Shown piece after piece: positions 1-8,565 of a stretch of DNA of 64,000 nt. Each line of letters begins with the position of its first letter. Positions within the stretch are counted from its first letter, which is position 1. The notes beneath the pieces are model-generated. The model made no database searches and was not told where the DNA came from. It was given only the letters and a program-made list of their open reading frames with translations. Source of the stretch: Syntrophales bacterium (GTDB taxonomy: Bacteria; Desulfobacterota; Syntrophia; Syntrophales; UBA4778); assembly GCA_028712885.1 (NCBI GenBank), contig JAQTPK010000006.1, positions 14,273 through 78,272 of the forward strand, given 5' to 3'. The translations under genes were made by a program, and so were the position numbers.

Positions 1-1
1 G

Positions 2-463
2 CGTCTCGTGACCGAATACGGCCTCAACCCCGAATGGCTGCTGAGGGGGCGGGGGGAGCCCTTCCCCGGCGCATCCGAGGCGGAAGCCGCAAGCCCTCCA
101 GCCTTCGCCAGGGAAGCGGGGGGAAAATATGAAGCACTCCTTCCGGGTGAAACGGAAGCGGGAATGACAGTGTCCGAAGCGCTCCGGATGTCGATAGAAA
201 TTCTCGATTCCGGTTCTCGTCATGCCATCGAGCTCCGGACTGATATAGGGAAAATATACCGCGACCTGCGGGAAGAAAAAAGCAGGAAGGGTATTCACGA
301 CGACGGTCAGCCGGCGCTGCGCGAATCCGTAGAAAGCCTGCACTGGGAGCTTGTCAAGTTCGAGGAACGGATCCGGAACGAGTTCCAGTCGGCGCTGGAG
401 GCCCTGCGCCAAAAAGAGACGGCCCGCAAGCCGGGCAAAAGACACTCCCGGTCCAAACCCTGA
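2..463 (+). CDS. C-terminal part of an XRE/CI-like helix-turn-helix regulator (5' end cut by window edge)
   Basis: The frame is open from nt 2. '..EYGLNPEWLLRGRGEPF' resembles the typical end of XRE/CI HTH domains ('..WLLTGEG'). The remainder is a charged, helical tail. Stop at 461-463. Confidence 0.45.
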   Translation, partial: RLVTEYGLNPEWLLRGRGEPFPGASEAEAASPPAFAREAGGKYEALLPGETEAGMTVSEALRMSIEILDSGSRHAIELRTDIGKIYRDLREEKSRKGIHDDGQPALRESVESLHWELVKFEERIRNEFQSALEALRQKETARKPGKRHSRSKP

Positions 464-532
464 TCTTCTCATTCATCCGGCTCATTGACCGGACAAATGG
501 ACGCATGGTACTGTATAACGTCTGTTGACTTT

Positions 533-652
533 GGGTTATGGGTCATGGGTAATAGGTAATGGGACGGATTTCTCTTCGCTTTTCAGAAACCAATAATCCA
601 TAACCTAATACCCAATACCCATTACCCAATACCCATTACCCATTACCTATTA
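533..652. repeat. Inverted pair of heptamer arrays: (GGGTNAT)x4 at 533-563 and (CCCAWTA)x6 at 598-652, ~35-nt spacer
   Basis: Read directly. Left: 'gggttatgggtcatgggtaataggtaatggg'. Right: 'ccataacctaatacccaatacccattacccaatacccattacccattacctattac'. The arms are reverse-complementary in several registers. Sits immediately upstream of the 669 start codon. Confidence 0.8.
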
Positions 653-668
653 CATATCGAGGCGCGCC

Positions 669-3371
669 ATGGTTATGGCGGTCTTTTATTTTCAGCTTCA
701 TCAGCCGTTCCGGCTTCACCCGGAGAGGGATAAATTCCTCTGGGATGACATGAACCGGGACGTGTTTCTCAAAGTGGCAGAGAAATGCTATCTCCCCGCC
801 ACCCGGATGTTCACGGAGCTGGTCACCAATCACCCGGATTTTAAAATCACCTTCAGTATGAGCGGCACGTTCCTCGAGCAGGCCGAACTTTATCGCCCGG
901 AAGTCATCAAAGCGCTCCAGGAGCTTGCCGATGCCGGCCGGGAGCGGGGACAGGTCGAGTTTCTCGACGAGACCTATTACCATTCGCTGGCCAGCCTCTT
1001 CGCCGACCCGAAAAAGCAGGAGTTCCGGGACCAGGTCTCTCTGCACCGGGACAAAATGAAGGAGCTGTTCGGGCTCAAGCCTTCTTCCTTCCGCAACACC
1101 GAACTCATGTACAACAACGAAATCGCCGCTGTCGTGGACGATATGGGGTACCTTTCAATGCTCTGCGAAAGAAGGGCCGACATGTTCCTGGGCAGAGGAG
1201 AGCATATCTCGCCTAACGCCGTGTTCAGGGCCGCCGGCACGAAGCTCATCGTCATTCCCCGGAACCGGGACCTCAGCGACGACGTTGCCTACCGTTTCCC
1301 GAAACAGCCCATCACCCCGCAGGAATACGCCAGACATATAGCAGTGATCGACGGAGAAGCGGTCCTCCTCGGATACGACTACGAGCACATCGGCGAGCAT
1401 ATCTGGGAAGACAAGGGGATATTCGCGTTCTGGAGGGAGCTGCCAAAGGCGCTCGCGGCGCACCCGAATATCCAGGTGGCCACGCCGACGGAAGTGGCAA
1501 ACCGCTTCCGGGAGGCGATGTGCCCCATCGTCGATATCCCCGGCCTTTCGACGTCGTCCTGGGCCGACGAGGAAAGGGACACCAAGGGCTGGCTCGGAAA
1601 CATGACCCAGTACGAGCTTTTCCGGGATATTGAAAAAATGGCCGCCGCGGCCCGCCAGGCGGGGGGCGACCTCCTGCGGAAATGGAGGCACCTGACCACA
1701 TCCGACCACGTCTATTTTCTGTACGAACGGCCGAGGGAGGATTTCGCCGTCCACAGCTATTTCAACCCTTACGGCGGATCGATCACCGCCGCCGCCCACA
1801 TTCTCACCCGCAAAATCGACAACCTTCAGGAAGCGGTTTACCGCTTCAGTATCCTGAAAAAAACCCGGAGAACGACCGTGCTCATAATCAGTCCCGAAAC
1901 GGGTAAGCTTCCCGAAGAGATGGGCGCCCTCGCCCAGTACATTTCCGGAAAAAGCGGGGGTCAGGGCGAGGTTGTATCCGCGCTCTGCAGCGGGCTGGTC
2001 GAAAGGGGAATAGACGTCCATATCGCCACGCTGAATCTCAAAAAAAGATTCCAGAAGGAATCCGGAATGGACGAGTCCGGGTGGCGGGCGATACGGTACA
2101 AGGTAGATCCGGCCAGAATACACCTGGTCAGCTCGGCCGTCTTCGCCGAAAACATGAGCGCATACTCGGGCGACCCGGTCCACACGGCCGCCGAATTCCA
2201 GAGGGAGATCGTAAACAATGTCATCAAGACGGTCCGCGCCAAGAGCCAGGGCAAACTGATTCTCCACACCCATGACTGGATGGCGGGAGGCGTTATTACG
2301 GCGTACGCGAAATCGACCGGGCTGCCGGTCCTCCATACGGTGCACAACGTCTTCACGGCCAACATACCCCTCGACCTGCTGAGGGGCGTGGACGTGAACA
2401 GCATGGCGTACGACCTTTATTTCCTGGACGAATACGGCAGGCGGTGCATAGAGAGCCAGGCCTCCGCGATAAAAAGCGCCGCCCTCATCAATTTTGTCGG
2501 GGAACGCTTTCTGGAGGAAATTGTCAATGATTATTTCCTCGACCGGTCGATCGTCCCCTGGAGCGTGCGAAGCGAGGTCAAGGCCAAGTACGGAGTCGGC
2601 GCGGCGCTGGCTATAATAAACGCCCCTCCCCCCTACATGTACCCGGATAAAAGCGACCATCTCGTCCGCCGGTACGGGCCGGACGACAACGTGATCGAAG
2701 CCAAACGGGTAAACCGTCTCGAATTCCAGAAACGCACCGGGCTGATCGAAAACCCCGATGCGATTCTATTTTACTGGCCGTCGCGTCTGGACCCGGTTCA
2801 GAAAGGAGTGGAGCTGATCGAGCACATCGCCCTCCCCTTCGTGATCGAACATGCCGATGTCCAGATTGCCTTTGTGGCCGACGGCGTAGGCGGGGACCGC
2901 ACGCACGAAGAAATCCTGGGGAGAATAGCCTGGTCTTCGGGCGGGAAGATCACCTACCAGCATTATCGGGAGGACCTCTCGATGCTGGGTTTCGCCGCCG
3001 CGAGCGACGTGTTCGGGGCATCGCTTTACGAGCCGTGCGGCCAGATCGACCAGGTGGGAAACCTTTTCGGGGCAACCGCCACGAACCGCGACACGGGAGG
3101 ATATCACGATAAGATACGCGAGCTCAGGCTGAAGGCCGCCGGATCTCCCCAGGACGTCGGCAACGGATTCCTCTTCCGCGACTACGACTCGGGCGGCCTG
3201 TGGTTCGCCATGGCCAACAGCGTCCGCTTCCACCGCCTGCCGGCCGGGGCCCGGGAGCTCCAGTTGAAGAGAATCATGCGGGAGGCCAGGGAGCGATACG
3301 ATCTGGGGAATATGATCGCGCAGTATATCAGGACGTATGAACGGCTGAACAGGGGCAAACCCCTCGTTTAG
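669..3371 (+). CDS. GH57 family glycoside hydrolase fused to GlgA-like (GT-B) alpha-glucan synthase
   Basis: 900-aa ORF. The N-terminus 'VFYFQLHQPFRL..' is GH57-like. From about aa 410, 'VLIISPE..YISGKSGGQGEVVSALC' matches the GlgA KxGGLxDV glycine loop. 'gagg' RBS about 8 nt upstream. Confidence 0.8.
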   Translation: MVMAVFYFQLHQPFRLHPERDKFLWDDMNRDVFLKVAEKCYLPATRMFTELVTNHPDFKITFSMSGTFLEQAELYRPEVIKALQELADAGRERGQVEFLDETYYHSLASLFADPKKQEFRDQVSLHRDKMKELFGLKPSSFRNTELMYNNEIAAVVDDMGYLSMLCERRADMFLGRGEHISPNAVFRAAGTKLIVIPRNRDLSDDVAYRFPKQPITPQEYARHIAVIDGEAVLLGYDYEHIGEHIWEDKGIFAFWRELPKALAAHPNIQVATPTEVANRFREAMCPIVDIPGLSTSSWADEERDTKGWLGNMTQYELFRDIEKMAAAARQAGGDLLRKWRHLTTSDHVYFLYERPREDFAVHSYFNPYGGSITAAAHILTRKIDNLQEAVYRFSILKKTRRTTVLIISPETGKLPEEMGALAQYISGKSGGQGEVVSALCSGLVERGIDVHIATLNLKKRFQKESGMDESGWRAIRYKVDPARIHLVSSAVFAENMSAYSGDPVHTAAEFQREIVNNVIKTVRAKSQGKLILHTHDWMAGGVITAYAKSTGLPVLHTVHNVFTANIPLDLLRGVDVNSMAYDLYFLDEYGRRCIESQASAIKSAALINFVGERFLEEIVNDYFLDRSIVPWSVRSEVKAKYGVGAALAIINAPPPYMYPDKSDHLVRRYGPDDNVIEAKRVNRLEFQKRTGLIENPDAILFYWPSRLDPVQKGVELIEHIALPFVIEHADVQIAFVADGVGGDRTHEEILGRIAWSSGGKITYQHYREDLSMLGFAAASDVFGASLYEPCGQIDQVGNLFGATATNRDTGGYHDKIRELRLKAAGSPQDVGNGFLFRDYDSGGLWFAMANSVRFHRLPAGARELQLKRIMREARERYDLGNMIAQYIRTYERLNRGKPLV

Positions 3372-3467
3372 GCGAATCCGGATATTTGATCAAACTCTGG
3401 AAAAGTTGTATAAGTGTACTGCTTTTTGTCAGGAAGTCTAAACCGGAAACCAGAAACTGGAAATCTT

Positions 3468-4148
3468 ATGGAAGAATATTTGAGGCCCGGGGAGTTTATC
3501 GACAGTGATGCGCCGGAAGTCGTTTCGCTCGCGGAAAACGCAGCAAAAGGTCTGAAGGAAAAGCTGCAAACCGGCGTTCGCCTTTACTACGCCGTCCGCG
3601 ACGGGATCCAGTATGACCCTTACAGGATAGACCTTTCCCGTGAAGGGCTGAAGGCAAGCTCAATAATCCGCAAGGGTTTCGGGTACTGCGTAGCCAAGGC
3701 GGCGGTCCTGGCGGCGGCCTGCAGGGCGTGCGGAATTCCGAGCCGGGTCGGCTTTGCCGACGTCCGGAACCACCTCTCGACGGAGCGCCTCCGGAAGCTG
3801 ATGAAGACCGATATTTTCATCTACCACGGCTACACGGAAATGTTTCTCGAGGGGAAGTGGGTAAAGGCCACACCAGCTTTCAATCTGTCCCTGTGCGACC
3901 GTTTCCGCGTAAATCCCCTGGAATTCGACGGGAAAAAGGATTCCCTTTTTCACGAATACAATCGCGACGGGGACCGTCACCTGGAATATGTCAGGGATCA
4001 CGGCGTATTTGCAGACCTGCCCTATGAGACGATCGTAGCCATGTTCCGGAAACATTACCCCGGCTATTTCAAGGCCGAAAACTCGGAAGCGGGCTCCTTT
4101 GAAAAAGAAGCCGACAGGGAGGAAGAAGCTGGGGGGCTGAGGGGCTGA
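3468..4148 (+). CDS. Transglutaminase-like (cysteine-protease fold) domain protein
   Basis: 'GFGYCVAKAAVLAAACRACGIPSRVGFADV' is a transglutaminase-like core with the nucleophile Cys and a GIPxR helix. A downstream His lies in 'YHGYTEMF'. Start moved to ATG 3468 (MEEYLRPGEF); the 18 upstream ORF-track codons look non-coding. Confidence 0.65.
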   Translation: MEEYLRPGEFIDSDAPEVVSLAENAAKGLKEKLQTGVRLYYAVRDGIQYDPYRIDLSREGLKASSIIRKGFGYCVAKAAVLAAACRACGIPSRVGFADVRNHLSTERLRKLMKTDIFIYHGYTEMFLEGKWVKATPAFNLSLCDRFRVNPLEFDGKKDSLFHEYNRDGDRHLEYVRDHGVFADLPYETIVAMFRKHYPGYFKAENSEAGSFEKEADREEEAGGLRG

Positions 4149-4298
4149 GAAAAACGAAGGTGCGAAGTTGGGAAGTTGCGAGGATAGGCGGCTTTATCTT
4201 TCCAGATAAGGCTTGCCGCCCAGACCAGGCTTTTTCACCCGCGCCGGGGGTGAGGAGTTGAAAGGATAGGACAAAGTGTCATCCCCGAAAGGGACACT

Positions 4299-4328
4299 AA
4301 AAAACAGGGGATTTCTTTTTTGCCCCTG
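4299..4328 (-). terminator. Rho-independent terminator downstream of the CorA-like gene (possibly bidirectional)
   Basis: Stem 'cagggg' (4305-4310) / 'cccctg' (4323-4328) with a 12-nt loop. On the minus strand it is followed by a U6 run (A-run 4299-4304 on plus). On the plus strand it is followed by 'atttcaacatttttt'. Confidence 0.55.
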
Positions 4329-4331
4329 ATT

Positions 4332-5432
4332 TCAACATTTTTTGGAGCTTGGAATTTTGCCGAAAAGGACAGGTCCGCTCTTCCGGCGCAGCAGAGACCC
4401 GAACGTCCTGGAAAACCAGGACCGCAGGTAAAAGCCCGATTTCGTATCCTCCGCCCGGGGCACAGACCGGACTCCCGCCGCCCCGTTTACGCGTCTGTTG
4501 GTCCCCTTATCGATATAGCGGATGAGGGCAACCCAGGTCAGCCATCCGATGAGGACCATGAACATGGAAAAGAGGAAATAGGAAATTGTCCAGTTCATGC
4601 CATGGGTCATCATACTGTACTCGGACATCCCCCCGATGCTCGCGATAAGGTTCAACGGAAGGAAAACGACATTGATGATCGTGAGGTTTTTCAGCAATAC
4701 GTTCATGTTGTTGTTTACGATGGTGCCCCTCGCGTCCATGAGGCCGGAAAGAACCGTGCTGAAGATGCGCGCCTGGCGTGTGCACTGATTGTTCTCCAGG
4801 ATCGTGTCATCCAGGAAATCGATCTGGTCTTCCGAGAGGCCGATCCGCTCCCCCCTCCCCCGCAGCTTGGAAAGGGCCGCGCCGTTTGCCTCGATCGCGT
4901 TAAGGTAATAGATCAGGCTTTCGCTCACGTCGAACATCTGCAGCAGATACCGGTTCTCCATGGATGCGCCTATTTTGGACTGGAGCTCTACCGTAATCTG
5001 CTTGATCGCTTTCAGGTGGCCCAGGTAGTGGCGGATCGTATGGAAGAGATATCTCAGGAGAACATCGTCCGGGGAGACGACACCCTGAAATTCCTTCGCC
5101 GAGAACGGAAGCACATTCTCCCCGATAATCATGGTCAGCATGCCGGGGGTGCGGTAAAAGCCGACGGAAGACACCTCGAAGCGGATCGCCTGCTGCTCCA
5201 TGGTTGCAGTCTTCGGCTGTTTCCAGATCATGAAGACGCGGTCCGGCGCGAATTCGACGCGCGAGATCTCATCCGGATCGAGAGCGGAATCGAGGTCGTA
5301 CGGATCGATATCGAGGCTTTCGATAATCTGCTGTTTTTCCCGATCGTCCGGAGCGGAAAAAACGCAGATATTCCCTTCCTCGGCGGTGCTGGGGACCATT
5401 GTTCCGTTTTTTATCTCAAAATAAGCTCTCAT
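4332..5432 (-). CDS. corA: CorA-family divalent cation channel (GMN motif reads GMS)
   Basis: 366 aa from ATG 5432 (MRAYFEIKNG..). Soluble N-domain, then two C-terminal TM helices: 'VVFLPLNLIASIGGMSEY' and 'TISYFLFSMFMVLIGWL'. The 49 upstream codons of the track ORF lie in a REP-like repeat and are rejected. Confidence 0.7.
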   Translation of the reverse strand: MRAYFEIKNGTMVPSTAEEGNICVFSAPDDREKQQIIESLDIDPYDLDSALDPDEISRVEFAPDRVFMIWKQPKTATMEQQAIRFEVSSVGFYRTPGMLTMIIGENVLPFSAKEFQGVVSPDDVLLRYLFHTIRHYLGHLKAIKQITVELQSKIGASMENRYLLQMFDVSESLIYYLNAIEANGAALSKLRGRGERIGLSEDQIDFLDDTILENNQCTRQARIFSTVLSGLMDARGTIVNNNMNVLLKNLTIINVVFLPLNLIASIGGMSEYSMMTHGMNWTISYFLFSMFMVLIGWLTWVALIRYIDKGTNRRVNGAAGVRSVPRAEDTKSGFYLRSWFSRTFGSLLRRKSGPVLFGKIPSSKKC

Positions 5433-5839
5433 CAGCGTTTCTCCACGGCAATTTCCTGAGTACACCGAAGGGCCGAACCAAGAGCAGCGGGTCCGCCTCC
5501 GGCGATGAGCATGCGAGAGCCTAAGCGTAACCCTTCGATTCCACTCAGGACAAGCTCCGCATGTGAGCCTTTTCAACAACCTGCTGACTAGGGGAAAGAA
5601 CGGATCATAGCGCTTTTTATCCGCGACCAGCCTGAAGGGCCGTCCCGGAAGCGCCGGATTGGAAGGCGGATTGCCGGGGGGACCTTATCGGAAGCTGGGT
5701 CTGCTTCCCTGTTGATGCGGAGAATCAGGTGATTCCATCTTACCTCTATATTTCGTTTATACCTTCGGACGATTAATGGGATTTTTTAACCCCAATGCAT
5801 GTCGAAGTCAAGGATTTTCGACGGGAAAAAAGCGATTTG

Positions 5840-6790
5840 TCAGTCGTCGCAGGGCCCCTCCAGTCTCTTACCCTCCTCGATCCATCTCTTCATAAACATT
5901 TCCGTCAACCCGGTCTCACTACCGGATTTGGCGGCCGCCTTTTTGAACATCTCCATCGTCCGGACAGATTCCTCCCGGCACCCGAGCAGGGCGTACGCCT
6001 GCAGGCTCCTCTTCCAATATTCAGCCGCCGCGCCGTAATCTCCCAAGCTCGCCCGGCACTGCCCGAGCCCGTACAGGTCATCCGCGATGCCGCGGTAAAA
6101 ACCGGATTCCCGGTCCGAATCGAGAGCGGATCTGAAATGGCCCGCCGCCTCCCCCGCCCGGTTTGTCGCCAGAAGGAGGTTCCCCAGGGCCTGGTGCGTC
6201 GAGGCCTGCTCCGGCAACCCCGCTTTTGCGGACTCGGCAAGCGCCTGCCGCAGAATCTCTTCGGCGGCAGGATAGTCTTTCTTTCTCATCAGCAGAATTC
6301 CCCTGTTCCTCAGAATCGGGACGAAGACCCCTGTATCGGACGGAATTATTATAGCGGAAGCTTCGGCCAGGGCTTCGCCGGCGGCTTTCAATTCCCCCTC
6401 GCCGATCAGAACCGCCGCCTTGTTGCTCAATACCTGCCTCAGGCCGGCCTTGTCCCCGATTTCTTTATATACGGCTGCCGCCTCTTTAAAAAATGCAGCT
6501 GCCGCCCGCGGATCTCCCATGGCCCGGTAAGCGTTCCCGATGTTGTTCAGGCTCATCGCCGTTCCGCGAGGCTGATCCGAGGAGCAGTAAAGTTCGTGCG
6601 CCCGCAGGTAATGCTCCAGCGCCCGTTCGTAACAGCCTTTGCCGTAATAGAGATTTCCTTTTGTTATCTGCTCCGCGCCCGCGCTTAAATGTGCCGGAAT
6701 AGTCTTCACCGGCTCGCCCGCACACGACAGGAGGAAAAAGGCCGCTGCCAGCATCATTCCCGCCATTGCCCTTGCAGAATGGGTCATCAT
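5840..6790 (-). CDS. TPR-repeat lipoprotein
   Basis: Signal peptide with lipobox 'FFLLSC'. Several 34-aa TPR units (e.g. 'NIGNAYRAMGDPRAAAAFFKEA', 'GLGQCRASLGDYGAAAEYWKRSL'). Begins 17 nt after the MlaD-like stop. Confidence 0.75.
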   Translation of the reverse strand: MMTHSARAMAGMMLAAAFFLLSCAGEPVKTIPAHLSAGAEQITKGNLYYGKGCYERALEHYLRAHELYCSSDQPRGTAMSLNNIGNAYRAMGDPRAAAAFFKEAAAVYKEIGDKAGLRQVLSNKAAVLIGEGELKAAGEALAEASAIIIPSDTGVFVPILRNRGILLMRKKDYPAAEEILRQALAESAKAGLPEQASTHQALGNLLLATNRAGEAAGHFRSALDSDRESGFYRGIADDLYGLGQCRASLGDYGAAAEYWKRSLQAYALLGCREESVRTMEMFKKAAAKSGSETGLTEMFMKRWIEEGKRLEGPCDD

Positions 6791-6806
6791 GTACTCCTCG
6801 CTTCCG

Positions 6807-7754
6807 TCACTTACGCAGCCCGGCGTCCATATTATCCCCCTCCGGCTCGGGCGGCAGGTTGGGCCGGATGAAAGGGCTATTCCGGATCGACTGGACGACG
6901 CCGCCGATGTTCTTCACCCCTTCCCTGGCCTCGCGTATGCCGCGCTTTGCCGATCGCGCAACCTCCGGCACATCACGGCTCCCTTTTTCTATATTGGAGA
7001 TTATCTTGCGCGCGTCCTGAAGACCGGCCCGTACGTTCTCAATCATCTCCGGGCTTGCCGCTTCTATGCGGCCCAGTATCCGGTCAACCCTTTCCATTTC
7101 CCGATACAGGTCGTCCAGGAGACGCTCGGAGCGAACGATTCCCCCCACCGACCCTTTTCCGTCCCGGATATCCCGGGTGACGTTCTCGATATGGGCGAGA
7201 ATCAGGTTGGTGTTGTTCAGCGCCGAAAAAAGCGGGCCGTTGGGGTCGCGCATGATCTCTGCGATTTCCGACAGGTCCTGAATCGCCTTGACTGCTTTTC
7301 TGGCTGTTTGCTCCACCTGAAATTCCGCCATGATCTCGTCAAGGGATTTTTTAGCCTTGGAAGGAATTTCCCCGTTCTCGGGGACAGGGGCCGCTCCGGC
7401 GGTCCCGGGCTTGATCGAAACGTATTCGGAACCGATCAGCGTAGGGCTTTCCACCACGGCAAGCGAATCCGTCCTGATGCGGGATGAGTATTCGCGCAGC
7501 ACGGAAATTTCCACTTTGACTCGTTCGCCATAGAGGCTGATCCGGCGGACCTTTCCGATATCGGCCTTGGACAGTTTTACCGCGGCATTTTCCTCCAGGT
7601 TATAGCTTTCATTGAATATGGTGTAATAATGAATATAACTTCTGAACCAGTCCTTTCCCCTTCCGATCATCAATATCGTGGCGAGCAGGAGCAGGAGCAT
7701 GAAAAACATGAAAAGGCCCACTTTCTTCTCTTTGCTGCTGAAGTTCAGCTCCAT
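6807..7754 (-). CDS. mlaD: MlaD/MCE-family substrate-binding protein with long helical tail
   Basis: N-terminal TM 'VGLFMFFMLLLLLATILMI' followed by an MCE-like region '..VKLSKADIGKVRRISLYGERVKVEISVL..'. Occupies the third position of the permease/ATPase/MCE operon. Confidence 0.7.
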   Translation of the reverse strand: MELNFSSKEKKVGLFMFFMLLLLLATILMIGRGKDWFRSYIHYYTIFNESYNLEENAAVKLSKADIGKVRRISLYGERVKVEISVLREYSSRIRTDSLAVVESPTLIGSEYVSIKPGTAGAAPVPENGEIPSKAKKSLDEIMAEFQVEQTARKAVKAIQDLSEIAEIMRDPNGPLFSALNNTNLILAHIENVTRDIRDGKGSVGGIVRSERLLDDLYREMERVDRILGRIEAASPEMIENVRAGLQDARKIISNIEKGSRDVPEVARSAKRGIREAREGVKNIGGVVQSIRNSPFIRPNLPPEPEGDNMDAGLRK

Positions 7755-7764
7755 AAACTCCTCC

Positions 7765-8460
7765 TCAGGATGTCCTCAGCTTGCCTTTTTCGATCAAAGC
7801 CTCGCGGTTCGAGAATTCACGGTTAAATCCCTCGTCCGACGAAAGGAAAACGAGGGGGAGTCCCGTTCCGACCTTCTCCTTCAAGACGGATGAAAAAAGC
7901 CCGAATCTCTTCAGGCCGAGAAAATCCCTCGGCCGCTCGATCAGAAGCACTTCGGGATTTTTCACAAGCTCCCGGACGACCAAGGCCATGCGCAGGTCCT
8001 CCCGGTCGAGTCCCGACGGGCGCAGTTCCAGCTTGTCTTCTATATGGAACACCCGGCACAGCCGCTCCATTTCCGGGAAGGGATCGCCGGGCGAGGCGTT
8101 CTCAAAATAGGATCTGATCAGGTAAAGGTTATCTCTGATCGTCCTGTTGCTGATCAGGACGGTTTCCGGACTGATGTATCCGATCCGCTTCTTGAAAGGA
8201 AGCAGGCGCCTGTAATCCGCAAAGTCGAGCCGCACGCCTCCATAGAAATAATCCCCTCCGGCCGGTGCGCATAAAGTGGCCAGAGCCCGCATGAACAGAT
8301 GCGCATCGGCCGGCTGGTCGCTTGCGACCGACCAGGCCTCGCCGGGATAAACGGAAAAATCCGCCGCCGCAATTCCATTTCCCTTCCCCGCCGGAAGCAG
8401 CTTGTATTTTTCCAATCTGATAATCGGATCGCTCGACAGCTTATCTTTCCCGGCTTCCAA
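7765..8460 (-). CDS. ABC-ATPase-like protein in the MlaF position with degenerate Walker A/B, signature and H-loop (pseudo-ATPase)
   Basis: Length and order of blocks fit an ABC NBD ('IRLEKYKL..', 'KKRIGYISPETVLISNRTIRDNL', 'LRPSGLDREDLRMALVVRELVKNPEVLLIERP', 'LVFLSSDE'). However GxxGxGK[ST] is 'VASDQPADAHL', LSGGQ is 'PSGLD', hhhhDE is 'LLIER', and the H-loop His is Ser. Confidence 0.6.
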   Translation of the reverse strand: MEAGKDKLSSDPIIRLEKYKLLPAGKGNGIAAADFSVYPGEAWSVASDQPADAHLFMRALATLCAPAGGDYFYGGVRLDFADYRRLLPFKKRIGYISPETVLISNRTIRDNLYLIRSYFENASPGDPFPEMERLCRVFHIEDKLELRPSGLDREDLRMALVVRELVKNPEVLLIERPRDFLGLKRFGLFSSVLKEKVGTGLPLVFLSSDEGFNREFSNREALIEKGKLRTS

Positions 8461-8565
8461 TTCAGCTTCTTTCCTTTAACTCTTTCTGCTCTGCTTTTCT
8501 CTCCCCTGAGTCAGCAACCACAGGGATCCGGCGCTTTTTCCCCGATGCCCGAAGCCAGATGCCTT

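Noticed and set aside
2-463. Prophage or defence-island edge suggested by the CI/XRE-like fragment
   Set aside because: Only a truncated HTH tail is visible. Nothing downstream resembles phage, toxin-antitoxin or restriction genes.
533-652. Possible CRISPR array (also considered for 9441-9490, 9746-9805 and 55717-55782)
   Set aside because: The repeat units are only about 7 nt, contiguous, and without unique spacers. No cas genes are present.
1155-2660. 501-aa minus-strand ORF antisense to the GH57/synthase gene
   Set aside because: Arg/Gly/Pro-rich composition typical of antisense frames in GC-rich DNA. No recognisable domain. It is fully overlapped by a gene with strong family motifs.
4320-5459. 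379-aa plus-strand ORF antisense to the CorA-like gene
   Set aside because: No motifs and biased composition. The opposite strand encodes a convincing CorA-family protein.
5433-5839. Riboswitch (e.g. Mg2+-sensing) in the 400-nt leader of the CorA-like gene
   Set aside because: The region is largely explained by a REP-like element ('..gattccactcaggacaagctccgc..'). I could not recognise M-box or other riboswitch consensus features by eye. A covariance-model scan would be needed.
5795-6688. 297-aa plus-strand ORF antisense to the TPR lipoprotein gene
   Set aside because: Low-complexity Arg/Pro-rich translation. The minus-strand frame has a lipobox and TPR periodicity.
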